Shown: piece after piece, positions 38,706-49,990 of the stretch
How the letters are laid out: each line of letters starts with the position of its first letter
Numbering within the stretch: position 1 is the stretch's first letter
Assembly (NCBI GenBank): GCA_002189035.1
Contig: NEEC01000021.1
Location: forward strand, 868,001-932,000
Source of the DNA: Utricularia gibba
Taxonomy: Eukaryota > Plantae > Magnoliophyta
DNA: 64,000 nt
Direction: 5' to 3'
Notes under the pieces: generated by a model
What the model saw: the letters and a program-made list of their open reading frames with translations, nothing else
The model's database searches: none
Told to the model about the DNA's origin: nothing
Position numbers and translations under genes: made by a program

Positions 38706-39580
38706 TTGGGTAACAAGGGATTGAAGAAAGGGATAAAAGTGGAGATGGGTAGGTACTGCATCGATGTAAAAAGCAATCAGAAAGAGCGTGGAATCGGATT
38801 CAAATGGGCTGGGCGCTGTCGGGAAATTAGACAGATAAGAGAATACGGAGACCGGGACTTGAAGGGACACAAGACAGGGCGGGCGGCAAGGTTATGGGGG
38901 CCGAGATTCCTAAATGGGAAAGAATTTAATGCGTTCTGTCCTTGTTTTTACTAAACTATTGCTGCTAAAGTTCTAACCTTTTTTGTATTAAACTATTCTT
39001 AGACAGAATTATTATACTCCATTGGTATTACCTTATCCAAGATACTGTTCTCCCACGTCTTCCTGCTTTGAAAGACAACTTTCTCCATTGGAATAAGGCA
39101 AAAGGTTGGCCTTTGTATATCAAAAACAGATTCTTATCTGTTCCTTGGTCCTTGATACATGATTTGGTTGCTTCCTGGAGATTCTTCCTCTGACCATCCA
39201 CCCAGTTTTGGGTAGTGTTCTGTTTAAGATCCAAGAATGCAGTTCTACAGCAATGGCTTCTTACATCCACAGCATCCTGTTGTGGGTAAGAATTCATCAG
39301 AGAAGAAACCATCCAAGTTGACAGAGATTACCGTTCTCTTTGGTGTATATGATTTTCAGGTCGAACTGAAAATTTACATTATGAAGAGAATATGTTCTGC
39401 CAGCATATCAAATCAGCTTTCACCAAATGCTTTTGTTTGTATAACAAAACATGGTATTTATTGACAATGGCACCAACTTCTTGTGACGACACACAGATGA
39501 GGTTGAAGAACTTGAGGGCCGGGGACTTGAGCCCTCCACAGTGAACTGTGGTTGTAAATAATTATTCCATTCTCCATCTG

Positions 39581-41346
39581 CTACACCGAGTCTGTGAGAG
39601 TCTCGAACTCAAAGTTTGTATGTTTAAGCATCCCCTTTAGGCTGGCAATCTTAGGAACCAGAATATTGTTCCTGAAAGAACATACCAGTGGATTCTCTAG
39701 CTGCAGGAGGGCACCCATAAGATTTGCTTGAATCGTTATGGGGAAGATCCGGGGCCATCTCTCGTAACCATAAGAAGTGAAAGCATCCTCAACTGTGAAG
39801 CTTCCATTGTTAATGGCCTCACCAAGCTTCTTGGACAGGACCACAGCATCTTCTAGCGCGCAGCAGGCACCTTGGCCTAAGTTTGGAGTCATAGGATGCC
39901 ATGAATCACCAGCAAGCACCACCTTTCCTCTTGAGACCGGAGGACTTATTCCTGGCCACAACCAGCGGTCGACCAATGGAGTTCGTATGATGTTATCATC
40001 AGGAGTGCATTTGATGACGTCTAGAAGCTCCTTTGGCCATCCCTCCACGTAGTTTTGTAATAACTGCTTTAGAATGTATGGATCTGTTACCTTTGCACCT
40101 GGTGAGAGATGTTTCCAAAGGTTAGCAAGTAATGGTAGTGTTCTGCAGAACTAGTAAAATGAAAAAAGAGCACCACAATGGAGGTTTTCTAGGATTTTAA
40201 TCAGTGCAATGAACCAAATCTAGTAATAAAGTGGAAGACTAAGAAACCTACCCTGTTCCAGGCTGTTGTAGCAGACGAACCAGTATACCTTGGTGCTTGA
40301 AACAGGAACATATGCAGCACGCACACCCTTTCCATAGATGTAAACGATACTGGATTCATATGGCTGGCCATCAGGGTAACATGCGAGGCCCCTAATAGCG
40401 CAATACCCCACATATCTAGCATCTGAGAAGCCCATCCATTTGGCCACAGGTGACCTTATTCCATCACAAGCAACAATAATCTGATTCAAGTTCAAATATG
40501 ATGTGTCATGATGATGATTCTTCAAGTTTGCAACACAAGTAAATTCACATTGCGAACCAAGTTACCCTGGCAGATATTTGAGAACCATCCTCCAGTTGAA
40601 GCACGGGTACATTATTTGCATCTTCTTTCACACTCTTCAACTTTGAGGAAAAGGATATGGCATCTGGTGGAAGCTTACTAGCAAGAGTCTCTAACAGTAC
40701 ACGCCTTTCTACAGCACGAACCTCCTGGCTGCTTCCGTTTTCCGAAGTTTGTTAGCGCAACAGTCTTGTCACCCCCATAATCGACGATGGGGTTGTTTGA
40801 AGCAAAAACCAGTTACACACCTTTCATCTTCATCCTTGATTCTGAAGGATCTTAGCTCCTTTCCATCCTCTGTCTTCACCATAATCCTGCACCACATAGG
40901 ATTCAATACTACGTGCAACAAAGCTAACTTCACAACAACTATGAAAAAGAAGTTTCTTTGTGGAAAACATGCCTTTGAATTTCAACAAACTGCGTTCTGA
41001 GCTCAGAGGCTACACCTAGAGCATCAAGAGCTTTCCATCCATTCTTGAAGAATGTAACCGAAGTTCCCTCAATTCTGAGTGAGGGTGCCTGCTCCAACAC
41101 CACGGAACTTATTCCTAATCTGCAAAGAATTCAATTAAGAAGCCCAACAAGTGATTGAACAGTTGTGCTCGGAGTTTGTAAAGCTGACTTTCGAAGCGCC
41201 ACCGCCGTTGCAAGACCGGCGATTCCAGCGCCAACGATAACGATGTCTTCCTTCCTGGTCTCGGCTTTCACCGTCCAATACCCAGTGGCACGAGGCGTGA
41301 ATCTCACCCCCCATTTTTGTGGGATTCCTAGAATCGCCATACCCAT
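39581..41346 (-). CDS. FAD-dependent monooxygenase (CTF2/MO2-like), multi-exon, one GC-AG intron
   Basis: KEDIVIVGAGIAGLATAVAL; IIVACDGIRSPVAKWMGF; GKVVLAGDSWHPMTPNLGQGACCALEDAVVL. Start is 41346 or 41340. Confidence 0.9.
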
Positions 41347-41781
41347 TTCCCCCTCTGCCTGAGACTCGATGATGGTCGTTCCCGAGTGACGGCTAGTGGC
41401 AGTATAACCTATGTGCAGTCCAACCGGCAGTGAATGTGACTGCGCTTTGGGGCTTCATCCCCGCCACAGAATACAGCTGGCGCAGCAGCCTCCGCACTGC
41501 GGGAGATATTTTCATGATTTCACGTTATCTTTTAAAAATCCATTAGATTTAGATTGAGATAGTGAACGAGAGGACCACTCGAGAAACGCGATCCAGCGGC
41601 TACGGAACGGGGAACCCGCGAACGGAAGAACGGACGGCGGCGGTGTTTACTGAAGAAACCTAGGTCAGGGCTCGTATACCTCGGAAGATGATGTCTCTTG
41701 ATCGGAATTTGGGGCAGTATTTATTTGATGGTTCTTCTTGTTGAGCAGACAGATTTGCAGGTGTTTCTGTTGCTTCTAAAC

Positions 41782-43094
41782 ATGTTTACGAATGAACAAA
41801 GACAAAAAGAACGCATTGGAAAGTATGGAACCCCAAGAGTTGAATATTTGCAGGTTCAACAAGTTCAAATTTTGATTCCGACCTAATGACCCCATTCTTC
41901 GGTTGAACTAACACTGTTTCGGACTCATAGGAACTTGTAGCACAATTTCAGAGTGCATCCAGTGAAGGTATGTGGTCTGGAAAGTTTCTTGCAATTGTTG
42001 TAATTGTTGGGGGGGGGGGGGGGTCTTGTCTGGACAACTTTAGTGACATGAACTGTGATTGATTCATATTGTAGAGACAAAGGAGAAAATTGTTGCCAAT
42101 CTGGGGAACTTCGCTTATGATCCGTATAACTATACCTTCTTACGCCAGGTTTTGCAGTAGTCCAATGCAAGATTCATTTGGTTAAAGGTTTTTTTTTTTT
42201 TTATGGTGATTTTGAGTAACGTAACATTCACTGGCAGCTGAATGTCCTGGAGCTCTTTCTGGACTGCCTAACGGAGCAAAATGAACGGCTTATTGAGTTT
42301 GCTCTCGGGGAATCTGCAATGCTTCGGCAGGTAGGCTTACAGTTATTTTCACAAAAACATGCTGTATTTGTTTCCTGTTCTCAAATGTATTTGTTCTTGG
42401 TAGTTGTTTAGTGACATGTGCTGTATGCTTATGTGTCTGCAGATCCAACGAATGCTGCGTGTATCGTTCAGTCAGATGGAATTCCTCTTGTCATCCAATG
42501 CCTTTCAAGTCCAGTTAGGAACACGGTAAATCCCATATCATCAAGTTCTTCATGAATTGAATGCTTTACCTCTATGCTTTATGTGCTTGTATTCGACTCC
42601 AGACCATCGTTATAGCAAGCTAACGCGTGCTGTGTGCGATGGCTGAATGATCTGATGCTAGTATCTGCATTTCGTACTTGACATAACTGGTGCTACTGAT
42701 GTGCATTGAGTGCTTGTATTCGGCTACACGTCCCATGCCTGTAGTGATACCGTTTACTATATGGAAGATGGATGAATGATCTGATGCTAGTGTCTGAATT
42801 TCAGACTTGACATCACTAGTGTTGCTGATGCGCATGGTTACTTGTAGATCCTCTTCTGTGGGTTTTCTTAAGAGATTGAAACAGTGGCTTCAATGTGTAG
42901 GTGAAGTATGCTCTTGGACGCTTTACTATCTCTGCAATGCAGCTACAAAATCTGAGATACTGAAGCCTGAAATTGTTGATGCCATCAAACGGTTTGCTGC
43001 GGCTGGGGATGTGAATTCAGGGTTCAGCAATTTGGCGCAAAGTTTCTTGGACCATCACCTCTCGGACCAAACTCCAAACCGTTCCTCGTGCTGA
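41782..43094 (+). CDS. ARMC7: Armadillo repeat-containing protein 7-like; apparent 1-bp frameshift at G-run 42307-42310
   Basis: MFTNEQRQKERIGKYGTPRVEYLQ-ELVAQFQ...[34 protein letters not shown]...DGIPLVIQCLSSPVRNT...FSNLAQSFLDHHL. Confidence 0.88.
42583..42835 (+). repeat. Intronic tandem duplication, two units of about 127 bp
   Basis: GTGCTTGTATTCG at 42583 and 42710; TGAATGATCTGATGCTAGT at 42644 and 42773. The 3' halves are much more similar than the middles. Confidence 0.85.
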
Positions 43095-43727
43095 CAGAGG
43101 ATAGCATTACTCTTGCATGTATTATTAGATAAAGGGAAGGCTATGATACTTTGGATTTGGGTGTGTGGATTGGCGATTGACTGCATCCTGTTTCTTCAAC
43201 ATCATTTCCTACTATTTTCTCGGTGGGAAGGAGATATCTCCCTCTTGGAGGGATGGCATCAAATCGCTGTCACTCACTGCAATGCGCATATGCTATTACA
43301 GGAGAATTGTATGAGATTGATGGTAGGATCTACAACTTTACTGTAGGTGAATCTTTTTCTTTCAACAGATATATTTGCTTTAGCAATTATCATTTCCATG
43401 TTTTGTGAAGTAATCCTTGGCACCATTTGTGTGTCTCTTGCGTTTGTCTGATATCTCTTTCACTGATCATGTGTCAGGATGCCATTTCTCTTTGCGGAAC
43501 ATAATCCATCTGATCTTCAGATGCAGTGATCTCTTTAAAGAAATAATGGCGGATTCAAGTTGGATGTGGTTTGGATTGAAGCATTCTGTATTTGAATACC
43601 TTACAACACCAGGATCATGATTGAACATAAAAGAACTGCAGGGGATGGACACACAGAAGCATGGAGTTGGAACAAGGAAACCAGCACACCAAGAAGACAG
43701 ATTTGAAGCACCGAGCCAGTGCATTCC

Positions 43728-44084
43728 TCAGCGTCCAGAGGGCTGCTGCTCGGACTTCTCGAATTTCTCACGGAAGCGATCGACGGGCGGCTTCTTCCCT
43801 AAGACGTATCTGTACATCCAGTAGAAGATGAAGCTCCCGACGGCCCCGAACCCGCCGGAGGAAACGAAGCCGGCGACGATGGAGAAGAGCGCGAGTGCGG
43901 CGGGGACGAGTATGGGGCTGAATATCACGAGGAGCGGGGTGATGATGACAAGGCCGATGACGGTGGCAGTGAGTGTCAGGCCGCAGAGGACTATCAGCGA
44001 GCCGCCGATAGTGACGCCGGTGGTGGCCCTCGCCACCCTCCGCGAGAGCTGCTCCGGCTGCATCTGAGTTTGAGGCTGAGCCAT
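43728..44084 (-). CDS. Oleosin (short, 118 aa, intronless)
   Basis: Long central hydrophobic hairpin with proline knot PLLVIFSPILVP, followed by GFVSSGGFG and FYWMYRYVLGKKPP. Confidence 0.95.
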   Translation of the reverse strand: MAQPQTQMQPEQLSRRVARATTGVTIGGSLIVLCGLTLTATVIGLVIITPLLVIFSPILVPAALALFSIVAGFVSSGGFGAVGSFIFYWMYRYVLGKKPPVDRFREKFEKSEQQPSGR

Positions 44085-44128
44085 CGATGAAGCTGAGGTT
44101 CTCAGGCCGTGAAGTCGTCGTCGTGTGC

Positions 44129-44282
44129 TTTATAGGGGAGGAGGAGGGATGCATGGCGGGTCACGGGGAGTCGCCGGCGTCACACGTGTCGGGTTTAACC
44201 CCTGCTTTTGCATGGGCCTCAGCGTTCTTTAGACACGCAAACGCATGCACTGAGGCACAGTAGAGGAGGAGGGCGGCATGCA
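44129..44282 (-). promoter_or_regulatory. Seed-type oleosin promoter: TATA, RY elements, G-box
   Basis: CTATAAA (reverse of 44129-44135), RY CATGCA(T) at 44149-44155, 44244-44249 and 44277-44282, and CACGTG at 44183-44188. Confidence 0.75.
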
Positions 44283-44980
44283 GAGTTGAAGAAGAAGCAT
44301 TTTTTGAAGAATGTCCATAGGATCTGAATATTGTATCAACTGGTAAGATTTCTCCATCATAGTTGCAGCAGGCATGTGGACATTTTTTTATCAAAGTGCT
44401 GTAGTTCATTCCGGTCACCTGCTGCTCCTGTTAAGCCAGCAGCTGTTGGAGGGAACACCACATTTTTGGTGCCGTTGGATGCAGTTGCTTACACCAATCA
44501 AAATGATTCGTCTGCTTCCTCACTTGAGAATGATTCCAGTTCATCTGCAACAGTAGAAAGAACTGGGAGCATGAACAGGATCTCACACAAGACGGTGAGT
44601 GGTGGCTCCATTTCTGTGCAGTCAGTTCTGCATCATGGAGTGGAAGCTTCCATGGGGCTGAAGCTAAAACCGTCGACGGAGGTGAGTTTGTCGGTGGAGC
44701 TATAAGCATTCGGTGGACCTTTAAATGGCAACACCTGCAGGCATGCCTGTGATATGGAGAAAGGAAATATGGAAGATTTAGAATAAACATCATCATCATC
44801 ATAATCCCTGGTTTAGTGGGATGACAAGGCCAAATTGGAGGGCCTTCAGTCTTTTGGAACCACATTATATTTGCAAATATGTGAATCAAATGTGTTTCCC
44901 CATTCGCATGAGGCAATGATAAATACTTAGACGGTTGCATAACCACAATTGTGAAGTTTTTTTTTTTTTCTATCTGTGTA

Positions 44981-47900
44981 TCAGAAGTCTGCGGATCCAG
45001 GTGCACGAGGAAATGGAATGGCATCTCTGATGTTGTCGATGCCTGTAGCAAACTGTACGAGCCTCTCAAAGCCTAACCCAAATCCAGCATGAGGAACTTG
45101 CAACACAAAAACAAAGGTAGCATCAATATGTGAGGAGAATACCACGTGAAACAAGGCCAATCTTAGTTGTCCCTCACCGGAACCGTATCGTCGCAGGTCG
45201 AGATACCACCAATAGCTCTCTCTGTTCAGCTTTACCTCGTCCAGCCTCTGTTCAAGGAAGTCTAGGCGCTCTTCTCTCTGGCTCCCACCGATAAGTTCAC
45301 CAACCTGGCAAAGAAAATCTAACTCAAAAATGACTTCTTGATATGCATTTCAGAGTTGGACACAGATCTGCTGTTTAGAATGTTTTTAGAAGCCATGAAC
45401 TCATATTCATACTGTGCTTTTGTAGGAATAATTGAATGAATGAGAGAAGGGTAAGCAAGTGCGCACCCGAGGAACGAGCATGTCCATGGCTGCAACTGTT
45501 TTTCCATCATCATTTTGCCTCATGTAGAATGCCTTGATTGCCTTCAGTGTGAACGATATACGACACGGTCATCATATAGTAAAAGCATCACGGAAATGCA
45601 GAATAAGGAAAACAAGATCCCACCTTTGGATAGTCTCTTACGATTACTGGGCATCCTTTGAATGCCTCTTCAGTGATATAGCGTTCATGCTCGCTTTGCA
45701 AATCACATCCCCAGGTTACCTGCAAATAATAAATGATGAGAGAGCATCGTCTATGATGCTCATTAATGAACAGCATCAAAATGCATGTCAATACACGATA
45801 GGTCTTTTTAGGTGTTTTGATCCCATCAAAAGGCATATTGGTATGACACAACCGAACAACAGGGGTACAAAAATCCACGTTCCATGCAGTAACATGATGA
45901 GGAAAGACCAATAAATCCAAGGGAAAAAATTATTAATCTGGGATATATGAAGACAAAACATACCGGAAACTCGAACTTTTTATTTGCTTTTAAAAGAAGT
46001 TCAACTGCATCAGTGTACGTCAATTGCACAACACTCTTCTCAGCAACATCCTATAACATGCAGCATTGATCAGACTAGCATAGTTCAGCTGAAGGAAAAA
46101 GTATAACGGCTGCAAAAAAGTTCATAAAAAAACATGCAGCTACTACATGTACAGCAGAAAATACATGTCCATATGAGGTGGGATCTTACCCTTAAACGAG
46201 TAATTATTCCCTTCTCAATCCAGGTGTCGAAGAATTCCATGTCTTCATTGCAGTTATCAAGAATGTATTTCACCTTATTGAAATTAACAATTGCATAAAA
46301 TCCAACATCATAAGAAATAGATGTGGGCAATGGAAAGCTAGCAGTGATAACTGGATAATAGGTTTTCCAAGTAACATACTACATACTGGAGGTAAGCTGT
46401 TGCACAGGCCATGTCATCTTCTAAATCAGCAAATGCAAGTTCAGGCTCTATCATCTTGAGAGCAGAGTTTTAGTGATTAAGCATTTGTCATTCTCAATAA
46501 AAGATGAAATATCATAGAAAAGAATACTTAGCAGCGTGGTATTACCCAGAATTCCGCCAAATGCCGAGATGTGTTAGAATTTTCAGCTCTGAATGTAGGG
46601 CCGAATGTATATACCTGGAACATAAAAAATAAAATAAACAAATTTCCAAGGAACAGTAACAAATCTACAGCATTTTATAGAAGGGAAAATTCTCTAAAAG
46701 GTATAAAATATATTGATAACAGTAATGTACATCAGTGAGGGCACTAGCATATGCTTCAGCATTCAGCTGCCCAGATACTGTGAGAAATGCCGGTTTTCCA
46801 AAGAAGTCCTGAGAAGCGGGGTATACAGAAGTGTGTAAAAATCTGTGTGTAATCAAACAATGATAAAACTATACTAATGTTTTAATGATGGTAGCTTTGC
46901 CAATTCAAGTAAATCGTGGTGATCATATCAAGATAAAGATGAGCAAAAGTAACTTGCCTGAGACCAATCAATTAAGGCATTCTCTGTCACAGGAATGGTT
47001 TTAACAGGAGACTCTAATGCCTCCTTGGAACTTGGAACCTGCTCGACCAACAATATCATATGAAAATTTTCAGGTGAAATCAAGGGACTAAACACAAAAA
47101 GTTCTCACATGAACATGCAAATTTAAAGCATTTAAAACTGCATACCAAAGTTGTCACACAAAACTGTTCACCAGCACCTTCACAATCTGAGGCAGTAATT
47201 ATTGGACTGGAGACCCATACAAAGCCATTTTCTTGAAAGAATTTATGTGTTGCATAGGCCAACGCATTCCTAACTCTTGAAACCTATGGTCATAAGTGAG
47301 AAGAAAGATTTTGAAACTCTGCGAAGATAAGATTGCAACCAAAATTTAAAGATTTTAAACAACTAAAAAAGAAGGCAGAAAAACATATGCAAATGAAAGA
47401 GGACGAACATCCACCAGGTAATGTGCATGACCAAGGCCTTCAAAATCAACTATGCTATCCCATTCAGCAAATTAAGAATCAATTCCCAGCCCACAAAAAA
47501 AAGCACCAGCAATACCTCTCCCTTGATGAATGTTAAAGGATCAAAAATAGGTTAGAAAATAGCACATGAACAGAGGATGCATACTGCCCCAAAAGTATTT
47601 GTTCTTGGACGCAGATGTGCCTTTGTCCTCAAAAATTCTCTGCTGACCCTTTTTTTCTGAATCGGGTAGGAAGAGTCACTCTTTCCAACCTGAAAAAAAT
47701 ATATATATATGAGAAGAAACTCTATGGATCAATATGCAATAGAGCGTGTTGCTAGTCTGCAAAATCTTCCTTCCCGGCCCAGGATTTTATATAGGTATAA
47801 GTTTTACCATCCTAAACCGAAAGCATTTGGTGTAGCTAGTGACAATACTAACCAATAAGTATTCCATTGCTTGCATGAAAAATGGGAAATAAGAGTCCAT

Positions 47901-49030
47901 AGGGATGGTTTTACCATCACAAGCTTTTCAACCTTCAGCTCCACCTTTTGCTTCGTCCCTTGACTGGAAACAATACTACCTTGTACCCACACTGAAGCAC
48001 CAGTTGAAATCAACCCATTCTCCACCTGCAAATAAAATGGAAATCAATGACAACTTATGATTAATAAACAATTCATTAGAGTTTATCGTCGGTCAAATGA
48101 ATTTTCTATTAATGTACAAGTCTCAATAAAACACATAATCCACTATGGCAGAGCCCACACACAGAAAATTCGAAGGTCCTTTTTGCTGAGGTTTCAGCAT
48201 CTACAGAGACCAGAACTATCAAAAATATAACTGGTTCCAATGCCTTAAAGCAAGCTCTTAACATGAAAAACATCATACTGGGTATGGTGTACCCACCAGC
48301 TGAAAAGTTCTAAAATTTGTTGCAGGAAAAGCAATGAAAAAAAAAAACCAAGGCTTTTTGAGAACAGGATATACCGAGAAACTGACACATCAAACATGCA
48401 ACTGATATAAAAGCGTGCCAAGGCTTATCCCAGAGCATGTCATTAAAAAAACTACTGTTATTGACTTCTCTGTCTGCGGCAAAATGCATAATGTACCTGA
48501 TCATAACCATCAGCGTCGGACGTCATCACACATTGCATATTTGAAAGGCAAGAGCCATCATTGACCTGTTCAGTGAAAATAAACATCAGAGTGCATTTCA
48601 TACAAGGACAAAGCAGACCAGAACAGAATGCAGCAGTTGTGCTAACTTCAAGAAATATAACATTGCTCTGAACCCTGAATGTCCGAACCCATCCTGTGAT
48701 GACTACAACTTCCCCCAGTCGGTCGACTCCCTGATCAGGTCCGCCTTTTATACCAGCAATCCTCAATTTCTTCCTGAAGTCGCGGATTTTGAGACTACGA
48801 GACTGCTGAGATGGCTCAGAATTACAAGTTTCCCCAGCAGGAGTTGCAGCCGAGAGTGAAGCACAGAATTTGACTTGACGGGAGTTGGCAGTGCGGGAAA
48901 ACTTCTGCAGCGGCAGGTAAGTGTGGAACATTGTCCGGCAGTAAAACAAGGAGAGGCGACAAGAAGCACTGACAAACGGCTTCATCCGACGGACAACTGC
49001 CGCGGCTGCCGGAGATACCGCAGCCGCCAT
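44981..49030 (-). CDS. Asparagine-tRNA ligase, chloroplast/mitochondrial (SYNO/NS1/OVA8-like), many exons
   Basis: Transit-peptide-like N-terminus; [29 protein letters not shown]; [18 protein letters not shown]; [12 protein letters not shown]; [38 protein letters not shown]. Confidence 0.95.
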
Positions 49031-49389
49031 TAGTCCAGTGTCAGATTTCCTCTGGCGATCGAGTGTTTTAAGGCCAGAATCTGAGCAGGATAGAACTGCA
49101 GACTTGCACACAATTTTTTAAAAAATCCAGTGTCACAGTGATGGCACGGCCCGGGTAGGGCACCCATAAGGCTCATTTTGGAAAATGGGCACGGCCCGAA
49201 AAAATACTTTTTATTTGATTAAAGTTAAAAAACATTTGATATATAAATTTTATAAATATATCTTGTTGAAAAAGGGGTGGAATTTGAGAGTAGCACCCCA
49301 AATATTTACGGTAAAATTTTATAATACATTTATCATAAATATAACAATACACAAACATGATATATTTCATTCAATCAAATCTTAATTAA

Positions 49390-49603
49390 TGTTCTAGAAA
49401 ATTTTTGAAAGTTGTTTTTATTTTTTAAATTATTTTTAAAAAATAGAAATAAAAGATAAAAGTAATCAATTTATTAATTTTTTTAAAATAATTTTTATAA
49501 TTATAATTTTATTAAAAATACTTTTATAATTAAAAATATTCTAAAACAAAATTATTTTTAATTTTGAAAAATAGAAATAAGTTTTAAAAATTTTTCAGAA
49601 CAC
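49390..49603. mobile_element. AT-rich MITE (Tourist/PIF-like), related to 63001-63307
   Basis: Imperfect TIRs TGTTCTAGAAAATTTTT ... AAAATTTTTCAGAACAC. It shares its terminus with the copy at 63001. No clear TSD. Confidence 0.6.
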
Positions 49604-49990
49604 TGTTTTATTCTCGCCAAACTCCAAAAACATGACACAACGATACAATATAACTCTAACAAAAGAATTTTGATTCATCAAACTCAATATGTGAATGTGA
49701 CAAATCTTATCACGAATTTTTTTTAAGTAGTTTCTCTTGAAATGATATCCATATTGAAGGCAGTTGGCACTGACGAAGCCTGGTTTCTGTGTGCCTTCTG
49801 TTGCTCTGGATGCAACCGTGAAACCAAGGCGTCTGCATGTTTATACATCCAAATCTAGTAATAACTGGCAATAAAACGATTTCATTCTCCGGCCAAGGAA
49901 CAAAACTGTGAATCTCAGGATGACAACAATCATGGCGGTGTGTTACACTACTTGCACAAAAAAATGAAATGGAGCTCAACCCAAATGCTG

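Noticed and set aside
40650-40658. Second ATATCCTTT U12-type donor
   Set aside because: It lies inside an uninterrupted coding exon (DAISFSSK) of the monooxygenase, and no matching branch site or AC is needed.
41347-41516. N-terminal extension MKISPAVRRLLRQ... for the monooxygenase
   Set aside because: It is in a different frame and stops (…LYCH*). Recalled homologs have only about 35 aa before KEDIVIVG, which fits a start at 41346 or 41340.
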